The notes: a model not told the origin generated them from the sequence alone. 32,238 bases of DNA from a virus (IMGVR_UViG_3300005805_000284:1-32238); one strand, 5' to 3'. Numbered from the stretch's first letter, positions 7,527 to 18,868 are shown. Translations and numbers: made by a program.

Positions 7527-7945
7527 AGCGTGCCGCCGAAGACGTGAATGTTGAACGTCTCGGCCTTCTCGGTCGAGGCGTAGAGTTTGCACGACTGCGA
7601 GGAAACCTGCCCCTGAAGAATGAGTCCGTGAAGCACGGGAACCATCATCGACCAAGTTGCCGCGTTGGCTCCCGGGGTCAAGGCTTGCACGGGCACCTCG
7701 GTGATCATGCGCTTCGTCGTGCCGCCATCGGTCGACAAGAAGAAGCGGATCATGCCCGCGGTCGTGGTTCCTGTTGCCGTGACGATCACCTCACGGATGA
7801 GTTTTCCGACTCCCGTGCCCTGTGCCGTCGACGGCCCCGCGCAGACTTCGACGGTCGTTCCCGATCCGTCGCGGTTCGTGTTCGCTGTCGAGACCTGCGA
7901 GATCTCGACCGTCGGTGCGACCGCATATTGTGCCGATGTTGCCAT
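7523..7945 (-). CDS. Virion structural protein, probable fibre adaptor (140 aa)
   Basis: TAATG overlap. ANTNRDGSGT and TGTTTAGMIRFF beta-rich sequence. Sits between the collagen fibre and the Gly-rich gene. Confidence 0.75.
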   Translation of the reverse strand: MATSAQYAVAPTVEISQVSTANTNRDGSGTTVEVCAGPSTAQGTGVGKLIREVIVTATGTTTAGMIRFFLSTDGGTTKRMITEVPVQALTPGANAATWSMMVPVLHGLILQGQVSSQSCKLYASTEKAETFNIHVFGGTL

Positions 7946-10044
7946 TAGATAATCCCTGCCATGAATAGAAGGAAGTCAGGCGCAGACGCGCCGCCGCCTC
8001 CGCTGTTTGCGATCCACTTGAGACCCGTCGTCTCCGCTGAGTCCGCCGACAGGATATACCCGTCCGTGCCGATCGGTAGGCGCGTGTCCGCCGACGACGT
8101 TCGCGTGAAGATGTCGCCCTTCGTCGTCAGCGGTGAGGTGAACGTCGCCGCCGCCCATACGAGGCCCGTCGTCTGTCCCGAGTCGGCCTTCAGGTAGTAC
8201 CCGTCCGTGCCGACCGGGAGCCGCGCGACGTTCGTCGCATCGCGCGCGAGGAGGTCGCCCTTCGCGGTCAACGTCGACTCGAGAACGTATTGCGTATGAG
8301 GGTCGCCCGTCGTAAGTCCGGCGAGGTTGTTATGTGTGATCGCGCCTTCGTTCACGGCGACGGTGTACGTCGACCCCGCGCCTCCGTCCGTGACGGAGAT
8401 CGCCGTGCCTGCCGTGAACACGCGCTCGTTCGTCAGATCCGCCGACGCCGCGAGCGTCAGGAACTGCGGCGTGTTCGTCGCGAGTCCCGAGGCGGCGACC
8501 GTGACGTTCCCGCCCGCGCCGCCGTCGGTGATCGTGATCCCTGTCCCTGCGGTTAACACGCGCTCGTTCGTTAGGGTCGCGTCCGTCGAGAGCGTGACAT
8601 ACGTCGCCGCCTTCGGAGCCGGATCGACCGAGGTCGCGATCGTAACCGCCGCGCCCGCTCCACCGTCGGTCAGGGTGATACCTGTCCCGGCGGTCAGGAC
8701 GCGTTCGTTCGTGAGGTCGGCGGTCGCCGCAAGTGTCACGAACTGCGGAGTGTTCGTCGCAAGTCCCGACGCGGCGATCGTCACCGCGTTACCTGCGCCG
8801 CCGTCCGTAAGACTGATGCCGCTTCCGGCGGTTAGGACTCGCTCATTCGTTAGATCCGCAGTCGCGGCGAGCGTGACGAACTGTGGAGTGTTGGTCGCGA
8901 CGCCACTCGTCGAGATGGTGACCGCCGCGCCTGCGCCGCTGTCGACGATCGCGATGCCCGTGCCCGCCGTCAGGACGCGCTCGTTCGTGAGGTCGGCGGA
9001 GGCGGCGAGCGTGACGAACTGCGGAGTGTTCGTGGCGAGACCAGAAGCCGCGACGGTCACCGTCGATCCGGCTCCCGCGTCCGTGATCGAGATGCCCGAA
9101 CCCGCCGTTAGAACGCGTTCCGAGGTGAGCGTCGCATCCGTCGAGAGCGTGACGTAAGACGCTCCCGTCGGTGCGCCGCCCGTCGACGCCGCCCACTTTA
9201 TGCCGACCGTCTCGGCGGAGTCAGCGGTGAGGACGTAGCCGTTCGTTCCGACAGGTAGTCGCGCGAGCGCGGACGCGTCGCGCGTGAGGAGGTCGCCCTT
9301 CGTGGTGAGGGTCGTCGTGCCGCCCTCCGGCCCTTGCGGCCCTTGCGCCCCGGTCGCACCCTGCGGGCCTGTTGCCCCGGTGTCACCCTTCGCGCCTTGC
9401 GGGCCTTGCGGGCCTGCGTCACCTTGCGGGCCTTGCGGGCCTGTCGCCCCTGTTGCGCCTTGTGGCCCTTGTGGGCCAGTCGCTCCCGTGTCGCCTTTAG
9501 TCCCTTGCGGGCCTTGTGGGCCGACGTCGCCTTGCGGCCCCTGCGGCCCCTGTGCGCCCGTTGCACCTTGCGCGCCCGTCGCGCCCTGTGGCCCTGTCGC
9601 GCCTGTTGCGCCTTGTGGCCCTGTTGCTCCCGTCGCACCTTGCGGGCCTTGCGGGCCGACGTCGCCAGATGTCTGTCGGCTTCCGTTGTTGAGGACGTAC
9701 CACCCGTCGTCGGCATACGCGGCGGTCGATCCCGTCAGAAGCGTCGTCTTCACGAGAACGCGCGTCGCGCTCCCGCTCGAATCAACGAGACGAACCGTCA
9801 GCGTGACGGACGCGGTGTCCGCGTTGTAGATCTCGATGCCGCGAACGACGAACTCCGTCGACGACGCGGGCGCGGACAGAATCGTGACCGCCGTCGTGCC
9901 GTTTAACGCGACGTGCTGAACCTTCGCGGTGAACGTCGTCGACGTATGCTCGGCATACGAGACGACCGCCGTCGGTTGCGTCGTCGCGACCGATGACGAG
10001 AGGACGGCTTCGAGCGTTTGGGTGGTTGCGGATAGCGTGATCAT
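7945..10044 (-). CDS. Collagen-like, repeat-rich tail fibre protein (699 aa)
   Basis: N-terminal beta domain, an uninterrupted G-X-Y tract, six ~46-aa repeats, three KGD modules and a DPHTQY motif. Confidence 0.88.
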   Translation of the reverse strand: MITLSATTQTLEAVLSSSVATTQPTAVVSYAEHTSTTFTAKVQHVALNGTTAVTILSAPASSTEFVVRGIEIYNADTASVTLTVRLVDSSGSATRVLVKTTLLTGSTAAYADDGWYVLNNGSRQTSGDVGPQGPQGATGATGPQGATGATGPQGATGAQGATGAQGPQGPQGDVGPQGPQGTKGDTGATGPQGPQGATGATGPQGPQGDAGPQGPQGAKGDTGATGPQGATGAQGPQGPEGGTTTLTTKGDLLTRDASALARLPVGTNGYVLTADSAETVGIKWAASTGGAPTGASYVTLSTDATLTSERVLTAGSGISITDAGAGSTVTVAASGLATNTPQFVTLAASADLTNERVLTAGTGIAIVDSGAGAAVTISTSGVATNTPQFVTLAATADLTNERVLTAGSGISLTDGGAGNAVTIAASGLATNTPQFVTLAATADLTNERVLTAGTGITLTDGGAGAAVTIATSVDPAPKAATYVTLSTDATLTNERVLTAGTGITITDGGAGGNVTVAASGLATNTPQFLTLAASADLTNERVFTAGTAISVTDGGAGSTYTVAVNEGAITHNNLAGLTTGDPHTQYVLESTLTAKGDLLARDATNVARLPVGTDGYYLKADSGQTTGLVWAAATFTSPLTTKGDIFTRTSSADTRLPIGTDGYILSADSAETTGLKWIANSGGGGASAPDFLLFMAGII
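8355..9160 (-). repeat. Six tandem ~138-bp (46-aa) coding repeats (VTL...[12 protein letters not shown]...DGGAG); boundaries approximate
   Basis: Visible in the translation, with six ERV(L/F)TAG cores. The DNA copies differ mainly at synonymous sites. Confidence 0.9.
9325..9666 (-). repeat. Collagen G-X-Y repeat tract (GPQ/GAT/GDT); boundaries approximate
   Basis: 9-bp periodic sequence translating as [15 protein letters not shown]... Confidence 0.93.
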
Positions 10045-13000
10045 AGGCCGATGTTGACCGCCTTCAGGATATCAGGAAGTGAGGCCGAACCGCCACCGCC
10101 GGACGCGGGCTTCCACGCGACGCCCTCGGCGGTCGTGCTGTCCGCCGTCAGGACGTAATCGTTCGTCCCGACCCCGAGGCGCGCGACCGTCGCCGAAGCC
10201 GTGCCGACGAGTAGGTCGCCCTTCGCCGTCACCGTCGACTTCGCGACCTTGCCGTCGGTGTAGTTCTTCGTCGCTGCGTCCTGCGCGTTCACGGGGTCGA
10301 GGACGGACTGGATCGCCCCCGTGTCCATCGAGAGCGTCCCCTTGATGGTGACGTCCCCCGTTCCGTAGACGAGCATCGTCGCGCCGCCGGAGGCGTTCTG
10401 AACCTCGAAGAGCGAGTCGGTGTTCGTGACGGCTTGGATCGTCAGGCCCGCGTAGCCGGACGCGCTCGGCTTGATGACGTTCCGCGCGCCGCTCGCGGGC
10501 GATGTCGTTACAAGGTCGATCCCCGAGATCGTGTACGAGGAGTTCGCGCCGCCGTCGGAGTAGGTCAGACCGTCGGCGACGGCGATCGCGCGCTCCGCGC
10601 TGAGGTCGGTGGTGTTCCCCACCGTGAGATACGGAACCGTTGAGGGAGCGAACCCGCTAGCCGCGATCGTAAGCGCGCCGCCTGCGCCGCCGTCGGTCAG
10701 GGTGATACCCGAACCCGCCGTCAGGACGCGCTCGTTGGTGAGTGTCGCGTTCGTGCCGAGCGTGACGTAGGACGCGTCGGTCGGCGCACCGCCGCCGCCG
10801 CCACCGCCGGAGCCGCCGACGCCCGCAGACTGGACGGGCGTCACGGTCAGGATCGTCGAGGGAACCGCCGGACGTGTCGGCGTCGTCCCGGTCGCGAACG
10901 CCTCGACCGATACGCCCGTATCCGTGCTGCTCCACTTCAACTCAAGGTAGTCGCTCGCGTCGACCGTCTGAATGAAGTTCCACGACTGGACGGATTCGTG
11001 CCCGCCTTTGATCGTGAACTTCGAGTTCGAGTCGTCGACGTTCGTCCCGTTCCTCGCGAGCCACAGGTCGACGTCGGCGTCGCTCCCGCCGCTATGCGCG
11101 AACTGCGCCGAAAACTGCACGTTGTACGTTCCCGCGTAGGTGAACGTGATCCGCGTCGGGTTCCCGCTTCCATCGTTCGCGATCGAGACGCCGTTCGCCT
11201 CGGAGGTCGTGTTGAACTCAAGCGCATAGGCGGTGTTAGCCGCGCCCGCCGCTTGGTCGGAGTTGTCAAAAAAAGAACCGTAGTAGACGCCGGGGAAGTC
11301 ATAGGAACGCCCGACGATCGCGGTCACCTGCGGGACATAGCGCGTATGCGGACGCCGCAGAGTGACGCGCGTCGTCGCCGCCGTGAATCCCGAGACCTCC
11401 GACGGGACGTAGCGCGACCACGCGCCACCGTTGAATCGTTGCTCGATCGTCGGCGTCAGATCGGCGACGACATCCGGCCATCCCGAGAACGTGAACACGT
11501 TCGAGATTAGACCGTCGAACGGGAACCCCGCTTGCTCCCACGTCGCCGACGAGAACGCCTCGGAGCCGTCGAGGAGATACGTCGCCCACGTTCGCGACGC
11601 GTCCGCCCATCGGGTACACGCCTCCGACCAGTAGGCGTCCACGGCCTGAAGGGACGCGACGACATCCCAGACCGCGCGCGTCGCCGTGTCCGTGAGATCC
11701 GACGAGACGTAGGTTCCCGATAGGTCGCCCGTGTCGAGGACGAGCGCGCCGCCGGAGACGACCGTGTCGGTCTTCGTGCCGGGGAACGTCACCGAATCCG
11801 TGACCGTCTCGACGAGTTTGTACGTCGACGGCGCGACGACGGGAGTCACCGTCGCGGTCGCCTCGGTCGTCGAGTAGACGCCCGCCGCCGACACCGTTCG
11901 CGCGTAGACCTTGAACGCGCCGACGCTCGGCGAGACGCCCGTCCACCTCGGGGACGTCGAGCGCGCGAGGAGCGCGGACGCCGCCCACGATCCCGAGGAG
12001 GTCGCGCTATATCGGAACTCGTACCCGGCGACGTCGGCAAGGTTCGCCGGGGGCGTCGCCTCGACCGTCAGGTCTAGGTCGGCGGTCGCCGCCGCGACCC
12101 CGCCGGGAGCCGCAGGAGCCGCTTCTCGGCCCGTCGGGAACGCATAGAAGTATGTTCCCTGATCGGCTCGGCGTCGCGTCCCTGACGCGCTCACGGGCGC
12201 GACGGACACGACGTAGGCGGTCGACGGAGCGACGTCGAAGGTGATCGTCTCATCCGCGCGTCCGACGTACTGCCACCCGTAGTCGGGTGCGTTCGTCTGA
12301 TCGGCGAACGCGTACCAGACGTCGCCGCGTTGCCACTTCGACTCGGTGTCCCACTCGACGCGCAGGCGTACGCGCGCGCACCCGTCGTCGCAAGTGACGA
12401 GTCCGACCTCGCGAACGGCTCCGCGCGAGATTCGCGCCGGGAACGCTCGCGGGTCGGGCATCGTGTCCGTGAAGGATTCGATCTCGCCGGGGTCGTCCGC
12501 GTATACGCCGACGTTGTACTCGGTCGCCGTGATCCGACGCTTCAGGTCGGGCGTTAGAGAGATCGAGTCGATCTGAAACAACTTCGGCCACGGGTACGCC
12601 GTGCCGTCGGATCCGAAGGCGAACGGGTCGCCGACGGCGGGGTTCACCGTCCACGCGACGGAGACGGTCAGCGTCGACTCGTCCGTGCCGTCGGTCGCCG
12701 TCACCGTGCGCTCCTGCACGATGTCATAGCCGAGCGCGCTCGAATAGGTGCGGACGGTGATAACTGCGCCCGCCGGGATCGCGGATACCTTCGCGTTAAC
12801 CTTTACGGTCGTCGAGGTCGACGCCTTAATCCGACCGCCGACGCCGCGTCCGGTCGCGTCGTGCTGCACGCGCACGACGTCCATCGGGAGGAGATGGAGG
12901 GACTCGACGCCCGCCGTCCACTCGATTCTCCGGCGAAGAAGTTCCGCGCGGTTAAGGTCGCGCTGCGCGAGTCGCGCCGCCTGAACCGCGCGCGTTACGC

Positions 13001-15083
13001 CGACGCCTTGGAACGAACGCTTCACGACGGGGTTCCCGTTCGTGAAGATCTCGGTCGCGTCGTATCGCTTTTGCCAGTCAGCCTCGTACCCGGTCTCGGC
13101 GTTCAGGAACTGCACCTCGACGGCGTTCACGCGGTCGAGTTTCCCGAGCCACTCGACGTTGAAGTCCGCCATGTTCCCGACGGAGAACACGCCGACCGTC
13201 GACGACGCGCGGTCGGGGATCATCGTCACGCGGTTTCCGATAATCATCGCGCGCGCGAACGACGAACGCGCGACGCCCGCGACGAGTTCCCAGCCGGATT
13301 GCACCTCGTCGACGACGAGACCGAGTTCGGCGCGCTTGCCCGCTCCGACCTCGGGAACCTCGTCGCAATAATCTGCCCAGTCGTCGAACGATCCTAGGTC
13401 GATGTTGTCGAGCGTGAGACGCCCGCCGCGACCCATGCCGTACTCCTGCGAGAGGAGTAGGTCGAGAAGGTTCCAAGCCGGATTCGTCGTGTAGACGGGA
13501 GCCGACCCGAAGTTCGGCGACGTTTCCGACACGCCGTCCCACACCCATACCTTCCGACCTTCGACGTCGGCGGTGATCGTCGGGAGCGATCCCGAGACCT
13601 GATCCGTGCCGAGGATCTTCACGCCGAGAAGAGCCTTCGACGGATACGAGAGCGAGTCGCGCGTGATCTCGTTGACCGCGATGAGAACGGACTTCGACTC
13701 GCGGTCGCTGTTTGCTTCGGGCCACGCCGTAGTCCGCTCGACCTCGATCTCGTAGACCGCCGTCGAGGGTAGGTTGATCGTGAACTGCCGGAGGGTCGGC
13801 GAGATGCGCGACGCGTCGAACCGAATCGTCGCGCTATACGCGCTCCACGTCGTCGAGCCTTGCTGACGGTAGCGATAGCGGAAGTCGGCGAACCAGTAAG
13901 TCGGCACGCCGTTGTCGAGATCGTACAAGCCGGACGGAAAGGAGATCTGCACGTCCGCCGCGTCGATCGCCTGCGACGTGACGTGGACGAACGGCGCGCC
14001 GTCGTCGAGGAGCACGTCGTACCCGATCGCCGTCGTGTTGTCGCGGAAGCCGTCGATCGCGTCCTGCGTTCGGTCGCCGAGACGGATCGACACTTCGGCA
14101 TCGTAGGACGACGCGGGGTTCCCGTCGATCTGAATCCCGTCGGGGATCGCGTTCCCCGTCAGTCCGTCGGTCGCCTCGGTTATTCCTCCGATCGACTGAA
14201 TCGGCCCGCGCGACATGAAGACCAACATCCACAGAACGGCGCGCCCTTCGGCGTCGATCTTCTGGAACGCCGAGATGATGTTCCCGCCGACGCGGTGGGA
14301 ACCGTAGACGACGGGTTGAGCGATGCCGACGACCGCCGTGTTCCGAAGTCCTGCGAGATTCCACGTCGGTGTCGCCTGTTCCTCGGGAGGCGATCCGGGC
14401 ATCAGTACCGACGTGAGCGCGTTACCCGCGAGCATAAGGCCGAACCCGATGAACACGCCTTCTAGGAACGCGTTGAGTGCCGCCGCCGCGATCTCGGGCG
14501 CGCGCGTGAACGCGACCGCCTCGCCGACCTCGACGGGGCGCGACCAGTCCTCGATCCGGCCCTCGGCTCCGATCGCAAGGTTCGCCCACGCAGGCGCGTA
14601 GTCCGCGACCGTCGATCCTTCGCCGAGCGCGACGACGGCGACCGTGCGCTCCCCGGGGTTGAACGCGTCAGGAACCGAGACGACCGTCACGCCGTCGCGC
14701 GAGCGTTCGACGCCGAGCGCGTCGGGAGACTTCGGACGGACGGCGCGCGTCACGAACCCCGCGCGCTCGTACGCGCCGAGCCGCGAGACGATGACACCGT
14801 GCGTCTCGTGCGAGTGAAGGATCCGACGATCGCCGATATACACGGCGACGTGATCGACGACGCCCGGGGTCTTCTCCGCGCATAGGATCAGATCCCCCGC
14901 GCGTAGGTCGCTCCATTCAACGGGAGACCAAGCCGCCGCCGCAAGAAGACGAGCGGGGTCGCGCTCGATCGGAAGGCCGAGGCGGTTGTACACCTCGACG
15001 GCAAGCGCGTAGCACGACGTCTCGCGCCACGGTTTACCGAGGAGGTCGTCGTACACCTGCGGCGGGATGATGCGATCAGACAC
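10041..15083 (-). CDS. Tail tip protein: NlpC/P60 + gpI-like + gpJ-like host-specificity fusion with a C-terminal fibre extension (1680 aa)
   Basis: N-terminal SCYAL...GDLI...HVAVYIG...ILHS. J-type motifs [27 protein letters not shown] and [11 protein letters not shown]3-like segments, a C1q/BclA-like domain (YYGSF...[12 protein letters not shown]), and fibre repeats shared with the next gene. Confidence 0.88.
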   Translation of the reverse strand: MSDRIIPPQVYDDLLGKPWRETSCYALAVEVYNRLGLPIERDPARLLAAAAWSPVEWSDLRAGDLILCAEKTPGVVDHVAVYIGDRRILHSHETHGVIVSRLGAYERAGFVTRAVRPKSPDALGVERSRDGVTVVSVPDAFNPGERTVAVVALGEGSTVADYAPAWANLAIGAEGRIEDWSRPVEVGEAVAFTRAPEIAAAALNAFLEGVFIGFGLMLAGNALTSVLMPGSPPEEQATPTWNLAGLRNTAVVGIAQPVVYGSHRVGGNIISAFQKIDAEGRAVLWMLVFMSRGPIQSIGGITEATDGLTGNAIPDGIQIDGNPASSYDAEVSIRLGDRTQDAIDGFRDNTTAIGYDVLLDDGAPFVHVTSQAIDAADVQISFPSGLYDLDNGVPTYWFADFRYRYRQQGSTTWSAYSATIRFDASRISPTLRQFTINLPSTAVYEIEVERTTAWPEANSDRESKSVLIAVNEITRDSLSYPSKALLGVKILGTDQVSGSLPTITADVEGRKVWVWDGVSETSPNFGSAPVYTTNPAWNLLDLLLSQEYGMGRGGRLTLDNIDLGSFDDWADYCDEVPEVGAGKRAELGLVVDEVQSGWELVAGVARSSFARAMIIGNRVTMIPDRASSTVGVFSVGNMADFNVEWLGKLDRVNAVEVQFLNAETGYEADWQKRYDATEIFTNGNPVVKRSFQGVGVTRAVQAARLAQRDLNRAELLRRRIEWTAGVESLHLLPMDVVRVQHDATGRGVGGRIKASTSTTVKVNAKVSAIPAGAVITVRTYSSALGYDIVQERTVTATDGTDESTLTVSVAWTVNPAVGDPFAFGSDGTAYPWPKLFQIDSISLTPDLKRRITATEYNVGVYADDPGEIESFTDTMPDPRAFPARISRGAVREVGLVTCDDGCARVRLRVEWDTESKWQRGDVWYAFADQTNAPDYGWQYVGRADETITFDVAPSTAYVVSVAPVSASGTRRRADQGTYFYAFPTGREAAPAAPGGVAAATADLDLTVEATPPANLADVAGYEFRYSATSSGSWAASALLARSTSPRWTGVSPSVGAFKVYARTVSAAGVYSTTEATATVTPVVAPSTYKLVETVTDSVTFPGTKTDTVVSGGALVLDTGDLSGTYVSSDLTDTATRAVWDVVASLQAVDAYWSEACTRWADASRTWATYLLDGSEAFSSATWEQAGFPFDGLISNVFTFSGWPDVVADLTPTIEQRFNGGAWSRYVPSEVSGFTAATTRVTLRRPHTRYVPQVTAIVGRSYDFPGVYYGSFFDNSDQAAGAANTAYALEFNTTSEANGVSIANDGSGNPTRITFTYAGTYNVQFSAQFAHSGGSDADVDLWLARNGTNVDDSNSKFTIKGGHESVQSWNFIQTVDASDYLELKWSSTDTGVSVEAFATGTTPTRPAVPSTILTVTPVQSAGVGGSGGGGGGGAPTDASYVTLGTNATLTNERVLTAGSGITLTDGGAGGALTIAASGFAPSTVPYLTVGNTTDLSAERAIAVADGLTYSDGGANSSYTISGIDLVTTSPASGARNVIKPSASGYAGLTIQAVTNTDSLFEVQNASGGATMLVYGTGDVTIKGTLSMDTGAIQSVLDPVNAQDAATKNYTDGKVAKSTVTAKGDLLVGTASATVARLGVGTNDYVLTADSTTAEGVAWKPASGGGGSASLPDILKAVNIGL

Positions 15084-15756
15084 GCGCTGGCCCCTTCGGG
15101 ATGCCGGGGAAGCCGCCGAAGCGGTCGGGATGGAGTCGCGGCTTCCCGTTGGCGACTTCGTTCGAGCCGTGCGCGCGGCATCCGTTCGCGCCGTTCAGCG
15201 TGAGGTCGCACGTCGTCGGGTCGAAGTTCGGAGACGTCGCCGCGATCAGGTTCGGGAGCGAGGTCTGATAGAGACACTCGTCGCCGCCGTAGACGTATGG
15301 GCAGCGTCCGCGCTCCTGACGGATCGAGGGAACCTGAACGTCGAGGAGACCATACTGGGCGAGCGAGAACGTCGCCGCCTGTAGGTTCGCGACGACGCGA
15401 ACGATGCGCCAAGATCCCTTGTCGATCGCCGTCCCGGCTTGCGCGGAGTAAAGGTAGATCTGACAGGTGCGGTCGATCACGTTCCCCGTCTCAAGTTCGA
15501 CGGCGACTTCGCGCGTGACGTTCGAGACGATGACCTGTGGCGTCGGGAGCGTCGACTCGCCGTCGACATCGAGGCCCGTGACACCGATCGGGAAGGGCGA
15601 GTAGGTGTTCCCGCCGTAAACGATCGCGACTTCCGACCCCGCAAGGTAGAACGCCGACGACCCGTCGCGGTCGATGCGAAACAACCAGTTGTAAGGGTAG
15701 ATCGAGCGGCGCGCGTTCTTCGCGACGTAGAACGATGCCGGGATGGATTCGGTCAC
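15076..15756 (-). CDS. Minor tail protein, lambda gpL-like hub (226 aa)
   Basis: GTGA overlap and GGAGGAGG RBS. YSPFPI and VSNV motifs, four C-terminal Cys (CPYVY...C...CD...C) and FGGFPGIP. Confidence 0.85.
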   Translation of the reverse strand: MTESIPASFYVAKNARRSIYPYNWLFRIDRDGSSAFYLAGSEVAIVYGGNTYSPFPIGVTGLDVDGESTLPTPQVIVSNVTREVAVELETGNVIDRTCQIYLYSAQAGTAIDKGSWRIVRVVANLQAATFSLAQYGLLDVQVPSIRQERGRCPYVYGGDECLYQTSLPNLIAATSPNFDPTTCDLTLNGANGCRAHGSNEVANGKPRLHPDRFGGFPGIPKGPARV

Positions 15757-17063
15757 AGCACCTCCTCCACGTTCGCCGCCGCGCTCCACGCCGTCGGGCC
15801 GATCTTCTCGAACTCGATGTCCGACGTGAATCGCACGTTCACGGCGACCGCCGTCTCGGGATCAGTCCACGACCACGTTGAAAACCGACCCTTCACGTTC
15901 GCGTTCAGCGTCGCGAGGGACGCCTTCTCCGAATCGTCGAGGGCCGACCATCGGAACGACCACCGCCGACGCCGCTTCGTCTGAAGCGGGAACGCGACGC
16001 GATCGCCGGAGTCGGAGTAGAAGTCAGCGACCGCCCATTGGTCGACGGTCTCCTGTGAGAACGACGGCTGCACCGTGAGCGAGTAGGCCGAGGCGTTCGT
16101 CTCGGTCGAGACGCTCGCCGCCGAGTAAGTAACCGAAGGCGCGAACGTGTAGGCGGGCGTCGAGGTTGTCAGGTTCGCAAGCGGGCCGACGTCGCGGACG
16201 CGGAGCCGCTCGAACTGATTCGCGCACGCGACGCGAACCGTCGCGGACTGCGAGATGCCGGGACTGAAGGTTCCGTCTCGTTCGAGGAAGCCGACGTACA
16301 ACTGACCTGCGCTCCACGACGCGAGCGAACCCTGTCCCGTGTTGAGTCCGAACGTCGCGGAGTTCTGACCGCTCGGGAGTCCGATAACGTGGTTCGTGCC
16401 CGTCGCGTCGACGAACGTCGCGAGGATCGAGGCGATCGAGAACGTCGGAGCGAACCACGTCACGCGCGCTTTTAGCGTCCACCGTTCGTCGTTCGTCGCG
16501 TTCGGCAAGGTGACCGCCGCGCCTCCGATGTCGGAGAATGTCGGCGACGCGAAGGACGACGACGTGTCGATCTTGACGAGGCGACCCGTCGTCGACGGCG
16601 ATGCGCCGCCCGTGCGCGTCACGAGCACGGCATAGCCGCCGAGACCCGACGACGTGCCCGCGAAGATGAGACCGAGGAAGGTCGAGTTATTCGCGATCGT
16701 CGTCGAACCGCTTCCGGGGTTGTAGGTGTACTGATCCGTCTGCCCGCGCCATACGAGATCGCAGGAGATCTCGGCGATCTTGTCGTTCGACGCGTCGCCC
16801 GACAGTTGACCGAACCACGAGGTCGCGAGGACGGTCTTGCCCATCGGTCGCGGCGGAGCGGTCGATGGACTCGACCCGAAGAACCCCGTCGTGATGTTCG
16901 CGAGGATCGCCGCGCCGGAAGTGTACGCGAGCGTCGGCGGGAGCGTCGTCGTGCCCGTGTAGTTAATCACCGCGCGAGACGTCCAGATGCCGTTCACGTT
17001 CGTCCACGGCGACGCGAGATCCGTCGTGCCGGGGAAGTTCTCGTAGATGAGCGTCAGGCTCAC
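15753..17063 (-). CDS. Distal tail (gpM/DUF2460-like) protein with a large N-terminal beta-rich domain (436 aa)
   Basis: Lies between TMP and gpL-like. The C-terminal RRRWSFRW...KGRFSTWSWTDP...VRF...EEVL matches the gpM-like pattern. Confidence 0.72.
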   Translation of the reverse strand: MSLTLIYENFPGTTDLASPWTNVNGIWTSRAVINYTGTTTLPPTLAYTSGAAILANITTGFFGSSPSTAPPRPMGKTVLATSWFGQLSGDASNDKIAEISCDLVWRGQTDQYTYNPGSGSTTIANNSTFLGLIFAGTSSGLGGYAVLVTRTGGASPSTTGRLVKIDTSSSFASPTFSDIGGAAVTLPNATNDERWTLKARVTWFAPTFSIASILATFVDATGTNHVIGLPSGQNSATFGLNTGQGSLASWSAGQLYVGFLERDGTFSPGISQSATVRVACANQFERLRVRDVGPLANLTTSTPAYTFAPSVTYSAASVSTETNASAYSLTVQPSFSQETVDQWAVADFYSDSGDRVAFPLQTKRRRRWSFRWSALDDSEKASLATLNANVKGRFSTWSWTDPETAVAVNVRFTSDIEFEKIGPTAWSAAANVEEVL

Positions 17064-18865
17064 GCGACGCCGCCTCCCGACGCGACGACGCGGAGCCGCT
17101 GACGCGCCGCCGGATCGCTCGACATGAGCGACATGAGCGCGGCTTTTACTTCGCGCGCCGTGCGCCCGGGATCTTGCGCGCCGTTGACGTTGATCGTTAC
17201 GCCGCTGACGGAGTTCCCGCCCGACCGCGCGGCGGTGATGATGTTTCCCGACGACGGAGGAACGAAGAGTTCCGGCCCGCGCTCGCCGACCATGAACGCG
17301 TTACGCCCGGGAACGAAGCCGCCGGACGCCTGCCCGGGGAGCGTGTCATATAGCGGGGAGATCTCGCCGCCGAACGCGTCGAACGCGCCGCCGCTCTGCG
17401 TCGAATAGGTCGGCCCGCTGAACAGGCTACCGAGGACGCTAGAGATAAACTTTTTCATCGCCTCCGCCGCCATCATGCGACCGATGTCGGCGAGGATACT
17501 TCCGACCATGCGCGTGAACGCGCGACCGACGCTCTCGGTTCCCTGAATGATCGAGTCGAACGCCGCCATGAAGTTATCGGTGATGACGCTTGATAGGCGG
17601 TCGATCTCGCCCTGTAGTTTCTGCGCCTCCTCGACGGCTTTTTGGATGCGCTCGCGATCTGCCGCCGCTTCTCTCTCGATCAACTCGCGATGCGCCGCAA
17701 GTTCGCGGTCGCGCTTTTCCTGTTTCGCTCGCTCCTCCTCGTCGAGGACGCGCATCCACCCGTCGATATATTCGTCCCACCATCGACGCTCGGCGGCTTT
17801 TTCCTTCTCGCGTTGATCGTCCTCCCACTCGTAGAACTCGCGCAGGATCTTGCGGATCTCGACGTCCTGCTTTTTCTGCGCGTCTACTTCGTCGGCGAGT
17901 TGCTCGATCAGTTTCTCCCACTGACGGTCGATCCGTTCCTCGATGTCGAGTTCTGCCGTCGCCCGCGCTTCGGCGTATCGGAGGATCGAATCCGCGAGGG
18001 CGTCGAACGACTTCGACGCGTCCTCGGCTTCCGGCGGGATAGCCTTTAGTCCTAGGTTCTCGAAGTTCGCTTCCAACTTCGGCAGACCTTGCGACGGATC
18101 TTTGTAGAACGCTTCGCGATTTGTTTTGATTAGTTCCTCGGTCACGCGGATCTGAGACTCGATCCCTTCGATTCGCGCGAGTCGGATCGACCGTTCGCGT
18201 TCTAATGAAGTAACGTCGCCATAACTGAATGCTGTTTTCAAAAGTTCCGCGCGTCCGCGTTTCTCTTGTTCCTGCAAGTCCGCCAACTCGAACTTCAACG
18301 CGTTCAACGCCTGCACGCGCGCGGCGATTTCGGGAGGATCAGGGATGATGTCTTCGAGGTTTAGACTCAACTTGTCGGAGACAAGCCGCGCGAGCGCGAA
18401 GAACATCTTCCCGATCGCGGCGATCATGTCGCCGATGAATCCGACGAGACCGACCACGAAGTTCTTGATCGCGTCCTTATTCGTTAGAACCCACGTCGTG
18501 AGCGAGTCCAGATAGAGCGAGATCGTCGGCCCGAACTCCGCGACGACCTTCAGAAACATACCTTCCATCGTCGCCTTGAGGCGGTTCATCGCCTCGACGG
18601 TTCGTGTCAGGCTTGCGCGTTCTATGTCCGAAAGTGCTAACGCGAACTCCCGCGCGTCAGGCGCGGCTTCTTTCAACATATCGAACAGTTTGCCGAGCGA
18701 CTTCCCGACTTTCTCGAACACGTTGCCGATAGTGTCGACGAACTGGAACGCCGACTTCACGGCACTAGCGGCGCGCTTCATCTGATCCGCGAAACGTGAA
18801 ACGATGCGAACCGTCTCGGTCGATACCTTGTCGACCACCTTCACGACGAGGTTCACTTCAGTCAC
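17060..18865 (-). CDS. Tape measure protein (601 aa)
   Basis: Follows the chaperone genes. N-terminal VVKVVDKVS, a long helical body, and C-terminal ASGG...VGERGPELFVP. Confidence 0.88.
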   Translation of the reverse strand: MTEVNLVVKVVDKVSTETVRIVSRFADQMKRAASAVKSAFQFVDTIGNVFEKVGKSLGKLFDMLKEAAPDAREFALALSDIERASLTRTVEAMNRLKATMEGMFLKVVAEFGPTISLYLDSLTTWVLTNKDAIKNFVVGLVGFIGDMIAAIGKMFFALARLVSDKLSLNLEDIIPDPPEIAARVQALNALKFELADLQEQEKRGRAELLKTAFSYGDVTSLERERSIRLARIEGIESQIRVTEELIKTNREAFYKDPSQGLPKLEANFENLGLKAIPPEAEDASKSFDALADSILRYAEARATAELDIEERIDRQWEKLIEQLADEVDAQKKQDVEIRKILREFYEWEDDQREKEKAAERRWWDEYIDGWMRVLDEEERAKQEKRDRELAAHRELIEREAAADRERIQKAVEEAQKLQGEIDRLSSVITDNFMAAFDSIIQGTESVGRAFTRMVGSILADIGRMMAAEAMKKFISSVLGSLFSGPTYSTQSGGAFDAFGGEISPLYDTLPGQASGGFVPGRNAFMVGERGPELFVPPSSGNIITAARSGGNSVSGVTINVNGAQDPGRTAREVKAALMSLMSSDPAARQRLRVVASGGGVA

Positions 18866-18868
18866 GGT

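Noticed and set aside
8355-9160. Tandem repeats considered as a CRISPR array or DGR template/variable pair
   Set aside because: The repeats are in-frame coding units without unique spacers, the differences are synonymous rather than adenine-specific, and no cas or reverse transcriptase gene is present.
9284-9906. + strand ORFs with CGPCGP / ALRALR repeats
   Set aside because: Antisense readings of the collagen tract.
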